Of a stretch of 64,000 nt of DNA, positions 8,994-18,739 are shown piece after piece. The DNA lies in the NCBI GenBank assembly GCA_001858525.1, contig LAPX01000008.1, forward strand, positions 78,138 to 142,137, in the 5' to 3' direction. Position numbers and translations under genes: made by a program. The notes under the pieces were generated by a model. It did no database searches. It saw only the letters and a list, made by a program, of their open reading frames with translations, and had not been told where the DNA came from. Every line of letters begins with the position of its first letter. The stretch's first letter is position 1. This DNA is from Vampirovibrio chlorellavorus (GTDB lineage: Bacteria; Cyanobacteriota; Vampirovibrionia; Vampirovibrionales; Vampirovibrionaceae).

Positions 8994-10526
8994 TTAAACC
9001 GACGACAGTTCGCGTTTTTGTTTCACGTAGTCCTGAACCACTTCCCGATCATCGAAGTGAATGGTGCGATCGCCCAGTATTTGATAATCTTCGTGCCCTT
9101 TGCCCGCCACCACAATAATGTCGTTGGGCTGGGCCAAATCAATGGCCTGATGAATGGCCGCCTGACGGTCGGCGTCCACAATCATGCGGGCGGAATCAAA
9201 GCGCTGAATGCCGGAAATGACATCGGTAATAATCTGCTGCGGGTCTTCGGTTCTGGGGTTATCCGAGGTAATCACCAGCAAATCGGCCAAGCGTTCGGCG
9301 ATGCCACCCATTTTGGGGCGCTTGGTGGCGTCCCGGTCCCCGCCGCAACCAAACACGGTAATCAAGCGGGCATCCTTGGGGGTGACCACTCTGGCGGCGT
9401 TCAGCACGTTCTCCAAACCATCCGGGGTGTGTGCGTAATCCACGATAACATAAGGCTTTTCAGAAACCACTTCAAAGCGGCCCCGAATGCCGGGCACCCG
9501 TTCCAGCGATTTCACGCAGGCATCCAGCGGAATGCCCAGAGCCAAGCCACTGGCCAGGGCGGCCAAGGCATTGTAAACGCTAAATTGACCGCCCAGCTTG
9601 AGCTTGACCTCAGCCTTACCCACCGGCGTGACCACGGTGAAGGACGATCCGGAAATGCTGTAGTTGGCATTCTCAATGCGCACGTTGGCATCCGGGCTTT
9701 GAATGCCATAAGTATACAAGGTCACTCCCTGAGGGCAGGCAGCGATAAACTCACGGGCATAATCAGAATCCAGATTGATGACCGCAGAGCGTTTTTGGCC
9801 TGAGGACACATCCAACCGACTGAACAACAGGGCTTTGGCCTGCCAATACTGCTCCATGGTTTTATGGTAATCCAGGTGATCCTGGGTCAGGTTGGTCAAC
9901 ACGGCCACTTCAAAGTCGCAACCGTGGACCCGGTATTGATCCAAAGCATGAGAGCTGACCTCCATCACCACGTAACAGTTGCCTTCTTCCTGCATCTCAT
10001 GCAGAATCTCCTGCAATTCAGTGGCCATGGGGGTGGTGTGCCCGGTGGAGTCATAGGCTGTGCGTTTGCTGGTTTTTTGGCCCAAGGTACCAATCAGGCC
10101 CACTTTCTCCCCCTGATCAGCCAGCATTTGTTCAATCAGGTGAGTTACGGTGGTTTTGCCATTGGTGCCCGTCACCCCCACCAAGCGCATTTTACGTCCG
10201 GGGAAGTTGTACAAAGCGGCGCTGATTTCAGCCAAGGCCTTGTAGGTATTGGGAACGGCAATCACGGGGATGTTCGCAGGCAAGGACACGCTGGATTGAC
10301 GCTCCTGCTCGATAATCAAAGCCACAGCGCCTTGTGTGGCAGCGTTTTGCAAAAACTGGTGCCCATCGGTGCGGCTACCACTGAGGGCCACAAACACGGT
10401 GCCCGCCTTCACATGACGAGAATCACTGGTCACCCCGCCAACCGCTTGCTGGGTGTGTTGCGCAAACAAATCCGGGGTCACCATGACGGACTCGGACAGG
10501 TACTGGGGAAGATCGGCCAATTTCAT
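8994..10526 (-). CDS. murE: UDP-N-acetylmuramoyl-L-alanyl-D-glutamate--2,6-diaminopimelate ligase
   Basis: 510 aa; GVTGTNGKTTVT P-loop and VDYAHTPDGL. The DNPR motif (TSDNPRTEDP) indicates meso-DAP specificity. Confidence 0.95.
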   Translation of the reverse strand: MKLADLPQYLSESVMVTPDLFAQHTQQAVGGVTSDSRHVKAGTVFVALSGSRTDGHQFLQNAATQGAVALIIEQERQSSVSLPANIPVIAVPNTYKALAEISAALYNFPGRKMRLVGVTGTNGKTTVTHLIEQMLADQGEKVGLIGTLGQKTSKRTAYDSTGHTTPMATELQEILHEMQEEGNCYVVMEVSSHALDQYRVHGCDFEVAVLTNLTQDHLDYHKTMEQYWQAKALLFSRLDVSSGQKRSAVINLDSDYAREFIAACPQGVTLYTYGIQSPDANVRIENANYSISGSSFTVVTPVGKAEVKLKLGGQFSVYNALAALASGLALGIPLDACVKSLERVPGIRGRFEVVSEKPYVIVDYAHTPDGLENVLNAARVVTPKDARLITVFGCGGDRDATKRPKMGGIAERLADLLVITSDNPRTEDPQQIITDVISGIQRFDSARMIVDADRQAAIHQAIDLAQPNDIIVVAGKGHEDYQILGDRTIHFDDREVVQDYVKQKRELSSV

Positions 10527-10593
10527 CGCGTTATGTCTCTCAGTGCATTAACCGTAACTCTGGTGGCATCCCAACGCGGATGCCGAATGAACG

Positions 10594-12540
10594 CTAGTGG
10601 GTGTGCGTCGATGCGGGCACAGGAACCCCAACCATCGAGTGAACACTGCCCAACCCGGTGGCGGACGCAACTCTTCTACGTGCTATTTTAGCAGCATTCA
10701 GGCCCAAATAGCTGACCGTTTCCTGAGCAATGTTGCGGAAAATAGGACCGGCCACCGTACTGCCCCAGGACTCAGCCATTTGTGGGCTGTCTACCACCAC
10801 CATAATCAGCACTTTGGGGCTTTTTGCCGGAAAAAAGCCCACAAAAGACGTATAAACATCCGGGCTATAGCCAATGCCTTCGGCTCTGGGCTTACGAGAG
10901 GTTCCGGTTTTCCCAGCCACTTCCACGCCATCCACCCGAACGGTGGAGGTTTTGGCTTCCTGAATGCTGCGGGTAAGCAAGTAGCGCATATCGGCGCAGG
11001 TTTTTTCGCTAAAAATACGCCGATGGGTCACCGGAGAGCCCTTCATCACGTGGGGAGAGTTCCAAATGCCACCGTTGGCAATGGCCGCCACCGCAGAGGC
11101 CATTTGCATGGGCGTGGCTGCCATCCCGTAACCGTAGCCGATGGAGGCATGGGTGGATTCATCCCAGGACTTGGGGGGTAAAATAATTCCCGCTGACTCG
11201 CCGGGGATATCAATGCCCGTTCTGGAGCCAATGCCCATCAGTTTGAGCATTTCATAGTGCTGTTGAATGGGCAGCATCAGTGAGATTTTGGCGCTAGCAA
11301 TGTTGCTGGAGTGCATCAACAGGTAAATCAGGTCGATCATACCGGGTGCGCCATGCTTGCCGTAATCGTAGTTCTGAATGGTCCAGCCGCCCACTTTCAT
11401 CTTACCCGTATCTAGAATACGACTGTCTCGGCTGATTTTACCCAACTCCAAACCGGAAGCCACCGTCAAAATCTTGAAAGTGGAGCCCGGCGGGTACACA
11501 TCGGTAATGGCCCAGTTTTTCAACGCCTCGGCGGAAGCCTTATAGAAATGATCCGGGGAATAGGTGGGTAACACGGCAAAGGCCAAAATCTCCCCAGTGC
11601 GGGGATCCATCATCAGTACCGTGCCCCGCTTGGCGTGACTGCGGGCCAAGCCAGCGGCCAGTTCCCGTTCGGCCACATATTGCAAGCGGGCATCAATGGT
11701 CAATCGCACGTCCTGAGCCTTGGGTAGGGTCACCAGATTCTTGGGATCCAGCTTACCCAGATCCACCACATTTCCCCGACCATCCAGATAAGTATTGTTC
11801 AGGTCTGTGGGCTTTTTCTTGAGGATTTTTGCGGCAGAAGCCTCCACCCCGGAACTGACCTGGGCCTCATCGTTGACGTAACCCAGCACATGGGCAGCCA
11901 AATTGCCCTGAGGATAGTTCCGCACGTTCTTTTTCACAAAATCCAGACCGGGCAAGCGCACCTGCCGCACCACGGGGCGGCCATTGTCATCCAGAATCAA
12001 CTTCTTGGTCTTGGGATCATGGGCCACCACGGGCGTCCGTACGGCCAAAATGGCTTCCATTTGTGGCTTGGTCAGGTTCTTTTTCAATCCAATGGTGCTA
12101 TAAGGCTCTGACAGCTTTTCCAGCAGCTTTTTTTCATCCATATCCAGTACTGGGGCCAATGCCGTGGCGATTTGTTCCACCGACATCTTGAAAAAATACT
12201 TGGGATGAACAAACAAGTCGTATAAAACCGTATCCTGAGCCAGGACCATGCCCCCCCGATCCACAATGCGCCCTCGGTTGAACAAAGTGAGGGCCTGATT
12301 GCGGGACAGCTGCGCTTTCTTTTTCAAGTGATTGGCGTCAATCAGCTGGATATAAAACAATTTACCGATCATGGCCGTCAAAAGACAGGCCAGAATCAGC
12401 AATAAAATGCGGAATCGCTTGGGGGAAAAGGTGTCCCGGGACTTGGGTTCACGGGGAGGTCGCGGCGGCGGTTGCATGCGTCGCTGCTGTAAATGCTGTC
12501 GCTGGCGTTGACGGTAGCCGTCCCTAGTACCCGTAGACAC
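10594..12540 (-). CDS. ftsI: penicillin-binding protein 2/3 class transpeptidase (FtsI-like)
   Basis: 648 aa; N-terminal TM, SxxK (GSTFK), SxN (HSSN) and KTG (AGKTGTS) boxes. Sits between ftsL and murE. Confidence 0.9.
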   Translation of the reverse strand: MSTGTRDGYRQRQRQHLQQRRMQPPPRPPREPKSRDTFSPKRFRILLLILACLLTAMIGKLFYIQLIDANHLKKKAQLSRNQALTLFNRGRIVDRGGMVLAQDTVLYDLFVHPKYFFKMSVEQIATALAPVLDMDEKKLLEKLSEPYSTIGLKKNLTKPQMEAILAVRTPVVAHDPKTKKLILDDNGRPVVRQVRLPGLDFVKKNVRNYPQGNLAAHVLGYVNDEAQVSSGVEASAAKILKKKPTDLNNTYLDGRGNVVDLGKLDPKNLVTLPKAQDVRLTIDARLQYVAERELAAGLARSHAKRGTVLMMDPRTGEILAFAVLPTYSPDHFYKASAEALKNWAITDVYPPGSTFKILTVASGLELGKISRDSRILDTGKMKVGGWTIQNYDYGKHGAPGMIDLIYLLMHSSNIASAKISLMLPIQQHYEMLKLMGIGSRTGIDIPGESAGIILPPKSWDESTHASIGYGYGMAATPMQMASAVAAIANGGIWNSPHVMKGSPVTHRRIFSEKTCADMRYLLTRSIQEAKTSTVRVDGVEVAGKTGTSRKPRAEGIGYSPDVYTSFVGFFPAKSPKVLIMVVVDSPQMAESWGSTVAGPIFRNIAQETVSYLGLNAAKIARRRVASATGLGSVHSMVGVPVPASTHTH

Positions 12541-12913
12541 TCGGAAACTCCTGTTTAACGGGGGGCAGCGCGGGCAACTGAATCACGGTTGCGGAAGGGG
12601 GTACGTCTATGACCGTTTCCGGCATATGCAAATGGGGCACCTTGGCCGCTGCCGCTTCTACATTTTTATAGGAACGAATGTGGTTCAGCTTGACCTGCAA
12701 TTCCTTGTTCTGCTCGTTCATATCCCGGGTATGCTTGGCCAGCTTATTGATAGAGTCTTCAAACTGCACCTTGACCCCATAGGCACCCAGGGCACCAATC
12801 ACCAACACCCCCAGAAACAGGGACAATACACGGCTGGATATCCTGAGCAGCCAGCCACTTCTGGCCGGTTTAAAGTTTCCCTGAATGATCATGGGCTTGG
12901 ATTGCTCTCTCAT
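12524..12913 (-). CDS. ftsL: small bitopic division protein, FtsL-like
   Basis: 129 aa; single TM (VLSLFLGVLVIGALGAYGV) followed by a coiled-coil-like segment. Immediately upstream of ftsI and overlapping it by 17 nt. Call is based on position and architecture. Confidence 0.6.
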   Translation of the reverse strand: MREQSKPMIIQGNFKPARSGWLLRISSRVLSLFLGVLVIGALGAYGVKVQFEDSINKLAKHTRDMNEQNKELQVKLNHIRSYKNVEAAAAKVPHLHMPETVIDVPPSATVIQLPALPPVKQEFPSVYGY

Positions 12914-13119
12914 GCGGATGTTGCCCCAAATAGCGTTTGGTTTCAGCCTTGCGGCTTCTGGCTAATGCTGAATCAGTACGAAGACCACGCGAGCCTTTGA
13001 CAGACCCAACTTTATTATATTAGCCCTGTGGCCCTGCCGTCACGCGAAAGTTGAAGCACAACGTTACACAGCCTAGAAAAAAAGTCAGCCCATTTTCAGG
13101 AAGACCAAAGCGTGCGGCT

Positions 13120-14487
13120 CTATTCGGCAGCCACAATGCCCTTCAAATCGTAGGGGGTAACGTGGGTGATTTTGACCTTCACAATCTCCCCGGGCACGGC
13201 CTGCCCTTTGACCTGAACGGTGTTGTCCACTTCCGGAGCATCCCACTGGGTGCGCCCAATCAGGGTGCCGTACTGGTTGACCATATCGATCAACACGTCC
13301 ACGGTTTGCCCAATCATCTCCTGATTTTGGGCAAAGGCGATTTGCTGCTGCAAGGCCATCAGCTCATTGCGACGCTGCTTGATCACGCTTTTTTTGACTT
13401 TACCGTCCAGGGTCTTGCTGTGAGCGGTATCCACATCGGAGTACTCAAACACACCCAGACGATCCCATTTCACCTGCTCGATAATGGTTTTGAGGTGCTG
13501 ATAATGCTCTTCCGTTTCACCGGGGAAGCCCACAATAAAGGAGGTGCGCAGCTTGACGTTCTTGATTTTGGCCCGAGCCCGCGCGGCAAATTCCACCAAA
13601 TCGGTCACCGGCCGACGCATGCGTTTCAGCACTTCCGGATGGCTATGCTGCAAGGGGCAATCCAGATACTTCACCACTTTATCGCAGTCGTTAATGGCTT
13701 CCAGCAGTTCATCAGATACCAGGTTGGGATACGCATACATAAAACGAATCCACTCGATTTCCTCAACCTCGTTCAGGGCCCGCAGCAAGGCAGGCAGGCT
13801 GGAACCAATGTCTTTGCCGTAGCTGGTGGTATCCTGACCCACTAGAATAATCTCGGTGACCCCACGCTGAGCCATTTCCCGGGCGTTTTCCACAATATTT
13901 TCCACACTGCGGCTGCGGAAGGTGCCCCGCATGCTGGGAATAATACAGAAAGAGCATTTGTAATCGCAGCCCTCGGCGATTTTAAGATAGGTATAGGAAC
14001 CCACCGTGATATGACGACGCACGGTGTCTTCTTCCAATATGTAGGTGGGGTCCTGCTGCATGGCCAGCACCCGCTCGCCACTTTCCACCCGCTTCATGAC
14101 CTCGCCGATTTCGGCCACGTTGTTAATACCCACCACGGCCTTGGCTTCCGGGAACAAATCCAGCAGCTCACCCTGAAACTTTTGGGCCAGACAGCCGGTG
14201 ATCAATAGCTCTTTACCCTGCTCGGCCAAACTGGCCAAAACGCCTACGGACTCCTTCTGAGCGGAATCGATGAAGGCACATGTGTTGACCAATACAATGT
14301 CAGCCTCTTCCTCACTGGCCACAATCTGATGGTGCTCTTTATCCAGAATGCCCAGCATGGTTTCGGTATCCACCAGGTTTTTGGGGCAGCCCAAATGGAC
14401 AAAGCCTACTTTTTTCTTGCCGCAACTATCGGCCTGAGGGGTGTCGGTCATTGGGGCGTCCGTGGTGAGGGAAGGAGGAGGGGTCAT
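13120..14487 (-). CDS. rimO: ribosomal protein S12 methylthiotransferase RimO (radical SAM, MiaB family)
   Basis: 455 aa; HLGCPKNLVDTE N-terminal UPF0004 motif, CDYKCSFCIIP radical-SAM cluster, C-terminal TRAM domain. Confidence 0.85.
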   Translation of the reverse strand: MTPPPSLTTDAPMTDTPQADSCGKKKVGFVHLGCPKNLVDTETMLGILDKEHHQIVASEEEADIVLVNTCAFIDSAQKESVGVLASLAEQGKELLITGCLAQKFQGELLDLFPEAKAVVGINNVAEIGEVMKRVESGERVLAMQQDPTYILEEDTVRRHITVGSYTYLKIAEGCDYKCSFCIIPSMRGTFRSRSVENIVENAREMAQRGVTEIILVGQDTTSYGKDIGSSLPALLRALNEVEEIEWIRFMYAYPNLVSDELLEAINDCDKVVKYLDCPLQHSHPEVLKRMRRPVTDLVEFAARARAKIKNVKLRTSFIVGFPGETEEHYQHLKTIIEQVKWDRLGVFEYSDVDTAHSKTLDGKVKKSVIKQRRNELMALQQQIAFAQNQEMIGQTVDVLIDMVNQYGTLIGRTQWDAPEVDNTVQVKGQAVPGEIVKVKITHVTPYDLKGIVAAE

Positions 14488-14901
14488 GCAATATCCACCA
14501 TATTTGTGTATTGAACATTAAATTTTTTAGCAGTGCGCGTCACTACTTATAAATAACAGAGTACTAAAAACAAAAGGTTCACACGAGTTGACCCGCGACA
14601 TTACAGATAAGGAAGCACCACACAGCCACTCATTTGAAACGAGCAGTTACAAAATTATTTAGCGGACTTGGGAACAAAGACAAACCTGACCGTCATTAAT
14701 CAACAAGAAAGTCACAATCGGGGTGCTGGAAAAGTACGGCGTTTGTTGAGAATCCCCTCTAGCGCCAAGCTATAAAAGCCAACCCAGCCACAAGCTGACC
14801 GTTCGGAACGAGATCATCCGCACAGGCCAAGTCCCACAGTTCAACACAATTCTATTTATGCCACCCTAGCGGGACACAACCATCCACGGGGAGTTTTCAT
14901 T

Positions 14902-15045
14902 ATGCTGCAATTTAAAACCCTGCCAAATACACAGCCCATCGGTACGCTACATGCCTGGCAGGATTTGGCCTTGAACTTGGGCAAACTCTCTTTGGCCGGA
15001 TTATTCGTGACCGGCACTGTATGGTTTATGGGCGTTTACGCCTAA
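14902..15045 (+). CDS. possible 47-aa small membrane protein
   Basis: Not in the ORF track because it is under 60 aa. Own translation: MLQFKTLPNTQPIGTLHAWQDLALNLGKLSLAGLFVTGTVWFMGVYA. GGGGAG lies 8 nt upstream of the ATG, codon usage resembles neighbouring genes, and there is a hydrophobic C-terminal helix. Confidence 0.35.
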   Translation: MLQFKTLPNTQPIGTLHAWQDLALNLGKLSLAGLFVTGTVWFMGVYA

Positions 15046-15191
15046 AAGCGCTGCCCTAAAGCTTTACTTTAAAAGTCATTTAGCAAAGCTTATTTAGCGC
15101 TCAAATTCCGCAAAGCCCCTGTGACTCAATAAAAAATTTACACACAACACTCTCTCCTGTCTTTATTCCTTCCTACCAATTCCGTACTACC

Positions 15192-15235
15192 CCGCTGTCC
15201 AGTTTAGCCAAACGGCTGGACGGCTTTTCTTTTTG
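15192..15235 (+). terminator. putative rho-independent terminator (plus orientation)
   Basis: Stem gtccag/ctggac with flanking G:C pairs, followed by ttttctttttgg. There is no T-tract in the opposite orientation, so it does not serve yajQ. Confidence 0.4.
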
Positions 15236-15269
15236 GAAGAGGAAACTTCAGACAGAACGAAGATTTGCA

Positions 15270-15770
15270 CTAGCGGTAGTTGGTGAACTGCAAGGGCATG
15301 CTCTGGCGATCGCCAAATTCACGAACGTGCTTGATCACATCCTGCAAGTCATCCCGGCTTTTGCCAGTGACCCGCACCTGATCACCCTGAATGCTGGCCT
15401 GCACTTTCAACTTGGCATCTTTAATATGGGCCACAATTTTCTTGGCCATCTCGGTCTCAATGCCTTGCTTCAGGTTAATGACCTGTCGCACTTTACCGCC
15501 CAAGGCGGATTCCGCATCCTGACGATCCAGAATCAAGGGACTCAGGCCCCGCTTGACCACCTTGGCTTCCAGAATATCGAAAATATTTTGTGCCCGGAAT
15601 TCATCGGTGGTGGTCACCACAATTTTCTTGCCCTCTTCCAATTCCAGCTCACTGCCGGAATCTTTCAGGTCAAAGCGAGAGGCGATCTCCCGGCGGGTTT
15701 GATCCAGAGCGTTCACCAATTCCTGCTGGTCAAACTCGGAAACGATATCAAAACTGGCATCCTTAGCCAT
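15270..15770 (-). CDS. yajQ: YajQ family nucleotide (cyclic-di-GMP)-binding protein (UPF0234)
   Basis: MAKDASFDIVSEFDQQELVNALDQTRREIASRFDLKDS is the typical YajQ N-terminus. Start placed at internal ATG 15770; the ORF extends to 15791. Confidence 0.85.
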   Translation of the reverse strand: MAKDASFDIVSEFDQQELVNALDQTRREIASRFDLKDSGSELELEEGKKIVVTTTDEFRAQNIFDILEAKVVKRGLSPLILDRQDAESALGGKVRQVINLKQGIETEMAKKIVAHIKDAKLKVQASIQGDQVRVTGKSRDDLQDVIKHVREFGDRQSMPLQFTNYR

Positions 15771-16000
15771 AATGGCAGGCTCCTTTGTCACTCAAAACAA
15801 AAAATAGAAATCAATCAAAGCTCGGTGCTGGACTACTTTAGAGTGCAATTCAGATTGCAATCAGTCCAATATCCGCATTGACTTCGGTAACAAGCCAAAG
15901 CGGCGAGCATTTTTACAAGCCAAACGGTTTGTATTACATTAAGCGATTGTAGACCAAAAACATCAGCCATAAAACGTCCCACCCCCTGAAAAAGCCAGCG

Positions 16001-16477
16001 ATGGGGAAAAACGTCGGAAAGCAGGGCAACCCCATGGAATACGCCATCCAACTCATCCTGCCCATTATTGGTGGCCTCATGCTGGGGGATTGGCTGAGTA
16101 AAACCTACGGCATTTCACCACTCTGGACGGTCTTACTAAGTATCCTGGGTATGGTCATGGGCATTTATGCTTTTTACAAGCGGGGCATGGCCGCACAAAC
16201 GCTCCATAAGAAACAACATTCGTCCCTCAAAAAAGGCCCAAAGGACAAATCGCCTCAAAAGGACGCCAAAACCAAACCACCCACCAATCATCCAGACACA
16301 CCCAACCCGCCATCCAGCCGACCTTCCAAGGCAAGCACCACCCTAGATGCCCTACATGATCTGTATCAGCAGATAGAGCAGCACCCACCAAAAGAAGCCA
16401 ATGATTTCCCGCCTAATCTGGACAAAGAACTAAACCATGACAACACTAGAACCGAACCTCCAAAAGCAGGGGACTGA
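16001..16477 (+). CDS. AtpZ/AtpI-type small membrane protein with Pro/Lys-rich C-terminal extension
   Basis: The N-terminal roughly 65 aa hold two TM helices (YAIQLILPIIGGLMLGDWL..., LWTVLLSILGMVMGIYAFY), typical of the putative F0F1-ATPase subunit found upstream of atp operons. A roughly 90-aa low-complexity tail follows. Confidence 0.6.
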   Translation: MGKNVGKQGNPMEYAIQLILPIIGGLMLGDWLSKTYGISPLWTVLLSILGMVMGIYAFYKRGMAAQTLHKKQHSSLKKGPKDKSPQKDAKTKPPTNHPDTPNPPSSRPSKASTTLDALHDLYQQIEQHPPKEANDFPPNLDKELNHDNTRTEPPKAGD

Positions 16478-16502
16478 GCCTGTCATAACACCGTTTCTGG
16501 CA

Positions 16503-16871
16503 ATGAAAAGAAGACTGTGGCTGGGAACTCTGGCGCTGGATGCCCTCCTGCTGTGTGGATTCGCCCTGTTTTACCCGCAACTCCTCAAGCTGTGCGTGGC
16601 CGGCATACTCCTGGGCCTAGGCTACCTGTGGAGCCTTATGTTTAACGCAGAAAACCCCAAACAAGGCGTGCAAATGGCATTTTCAAGCATTCGGGCCTGT
16701 TTATTTGCCTACGCACTGGTTCAGGTGTCCCAAGGCAGGGCCAACGATCTTGCTATTGTCATCGGCGGATTTTTAAGTTACAAAGTGATTCTTACCGTGG
16801 ATTGCGCAATTCAGGCACTATCGGCATTATTTGGCAAGGCATCGGTAAAGGCAGACCGGCCTACTGTTTAA
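16503..16871 (+). CDS. atpI: ATP synthase protein I-like membrane protein
   Basis: Hydrophobic 122-aa protein directly upstream of subunit a. The ORF opens at 16437, overlapping the previous gene; ATG 16503 (MKRRLWLG...) is preferred. Confidence 0.55.
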   Translation: MKRRLWLGTLALDALLLCGFALFYPQLLKLCVAGILLGLGYLWSLMFNAENPKQGVQMAFSSIRACLFAYALVQVSQGRANDLAIVIGGFLSYKVILTVDCAIQALSALFGKASVKADRPTV

Positions 16872-17023
16872 GCACCTTTTGTTGCCGCAACGGAACGCTC
16901 GTCACTGTGATTTGTGCCCACTCAAGCAATAACGCCTAGCCTGTCTCTGCCTCCGGGACGCGCAAACCACCCAATTTTCAAACCGGTTTTTGAATCAGTT
17001 TTTTAAGTTACAAAAGGATCGTC

Positions 17024-17716
17024 ATGGAACACGAATGGGTCGTTCAACTCGCTGGTCAAACAGTAAACCTCAACACCCTGATCATGGTGTGGATGGGTAT
17101 GGCGCTTATTTTATCGGCGGCCTGGCTGGCCACTCGCAATTTAAGCGTTGCTCCCACTAGGCTACAGGTTGTGAGCGAAGGCTTCTACGACCTCTGCCGA
17201 AGCATTACTATGTCCACTGCTGGCAAGCGAGGTGATGGCTTCCTGTACTTCGTGGGCTCTTTGTTTCTGTTTATCCTAACCTCCAACGTCATGGGGCAAC
17301 TTCCCCTACGCTTGATTCACATACCAAGCGGTGAATTGAAGGCAGCAACCGCCGATATCAACACCACTGCAGCCTTGGCTTTTTGCACAGTACTAATGTA
17401 CTTTGGCTATGGCATATATAAAAAAGGTTTTCGTTACTTCAAACACTACATCTCTCCAGACCCCTGGTACATTGGCATTTTCTTTTTACCCATCAATTTG
17501 CTTGAAGACATTACGCGCCCCGGTTCTTTGCTAATCCGGCTTTATTTCAACATATTAGTGGGTGAAATCCTCTCCAGCATCGCTATGAGCGTGACCCCCT
17601 ATGTTCTTCCATCGCTGGTCATTTTTCTTGAGTTATTCGTCGCTGTGATACAAGCTTACATCTTTGCCATCTTGAGTTCTGTATACATTAGCCTCTTGTC
17701 GGAGGATCATCACTAA
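17024..17716 (+). CDS. atpB: F0F1 ATP synthase subunit a
   Basis: 230 aa, polytopic; conserved Arg motif RLYFNILVGE. Confidence 0.9.
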   Translation: MEHEWVVQLAGQTVNLNTLIMVWMGMALILSAAWLATRNLSVAPTRLQVVSEGFYDLCRSITMSTAGKRGDGFLYFVGSLFLFILTSNVMGQLPLRLIHIPSGELKAATADINTTAALAFCTVLMYFGYGIYKKGFRYFKHYISPDPWYIGIFFLPINLLEDITRPGSLLIRLYFNILVGEILSSIAMSVTPYVLPSLVIFLELFVAVIQAYIFAILSSVYISLLSEDHH

Positions 17717-17801
17717 GCTACTTTTTGATTTCACACTTACCACCATTTGATAAATTAATCTGTATTATTCCCCCAAATAGATAAAAAGGAGATTCTACAT
17801 A

Positions 17802-18041
17802 ATGGATACAGCTGCCGTCGCATTATTAGCAGGCGCCTTGGCCGTAGGGATCGCTGGTATCGGTCCTGCAATTGGTATCAGCTTGATGACTTCCGCGTTT
17901 TTCAACAGCGTTGCTCGCCAACCTGAAATTCAAGGCAATGTTGAAAAACAATACTTTATTACCCTAGGTCTTGTAGAATTGCTGGGTCTGTTCGGATTCG
18001 TAACCTTCTTCTTGCTGTACCTGAAGTATGCGCCTAACTAA
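17802..18041 (+). CDS. atpE: F0F1 ATP synthase subunit c
   Basis: 79-aa hairpin protein; ARQPE loop and carboxylate in GLVELLGLFG. AAGGAG SD upstream. Confidence 0.95.
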   Translation: MDTAAVALLAGALAVGIAGIGPAIGISLMTSAFFNSVARQPEIQGNVEKQYFITLGLVELLGLFGFVTFFLLYLKYAPN

Positions 18042-18176
18042 ATAGAGCGATTCTGACTTGTAGCCGCTTGTCAACCCGCTTGTTACATCAAGCCAGACAG
18101 GCGGCTACAACGAAAACCCCAAGCTCTTAACCGAAAGTTTCAAGTTCAGCTTTGCGCCACAGGAACCCTTTCCCTT

Positions 18177-18623
18177 ATGCCCACTTTTAACGCCACATTT
18201 CTTTTCGTCCTGCTTAGTTTTGCGATTTTTGTTGCCTTAATGAAGGCCATTTACTTCGACCCAATTATGGCCATTAAAAATGAGCGTGAGCGTAAACTGA
18301 CCCAGGATGAACAGTCCGCTAAAGATTTTTTAAAGCAGTTTGAGAAGCTCCATACCGAGTACCAAGCAGGCACCAAGAAGGCCCGTCTGGAAGCCCATCA
18401 ACTGATTCAGCAAATTCGGCAACAGGCCAAAACATCGGCCCAGCAACTGGTCATTACCGCCCGCAATGACGCCCAGCGGGAAACCGATCGTCAAATAGCA
18501 GACCTGTCCGTCTGGCGGGAAAAGACTTATGGGGAGCTGGAATCCGAACGGGCAGCACTGACCCAGGTCGTCATCGCTAAAGTCAAAACCGGTGGAAAAG
18601 TCGGTTCCGCCACGGGTAGTTAG
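18177..18623 (+). CDS. F0F1 ATP synthase subunit b' (second b-type stalk subunit)
   Basis: 148 aa; N-terminal TM then a long charged helix. First of two consecutive b-type genes, as in cyanobacteria and chloroplasts. Confidence 0.75.
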   Translation: MPTFNATFLFVLLSFAIFVALMKAIYFDPIMAIKNERERKLTQDEQSAKDFLKQFEKLHTEYQAGTKKARLEAHQLIQQIRQQAKTSAQQLVITARNDAQRETDRQIADLSVWREKTYGELESERAALTQVVIAKVKTGGKVGSATGS

Positions 18624-18739
18624 TAGTCCACACAGGAGCGAGTACAGCAGGAATGTTACCTCTTCACACAATTTCTCCCTTCTTGCAGCAAGCCTCCGTG
18701 TTTTGGCTGCAGGCACACCACGAAAGCGGTGAGCACCCC

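Noticed and set aside
9018-10691. Long plus-strand ORFs (261 and 275 aa) inside murE
   Set aside because: These are antisense shadow ORFs of a clearly conserved gene, with His/Gly/Gln-rich nonsense composition. The same explanation applies to 13051-13845 (rimO), 19903-20745 (atpA), 31433-32140 (CFA-like), 33610-34113, 36263-37183 (FAD oxidoreductase) and 24906-25547 (secA).
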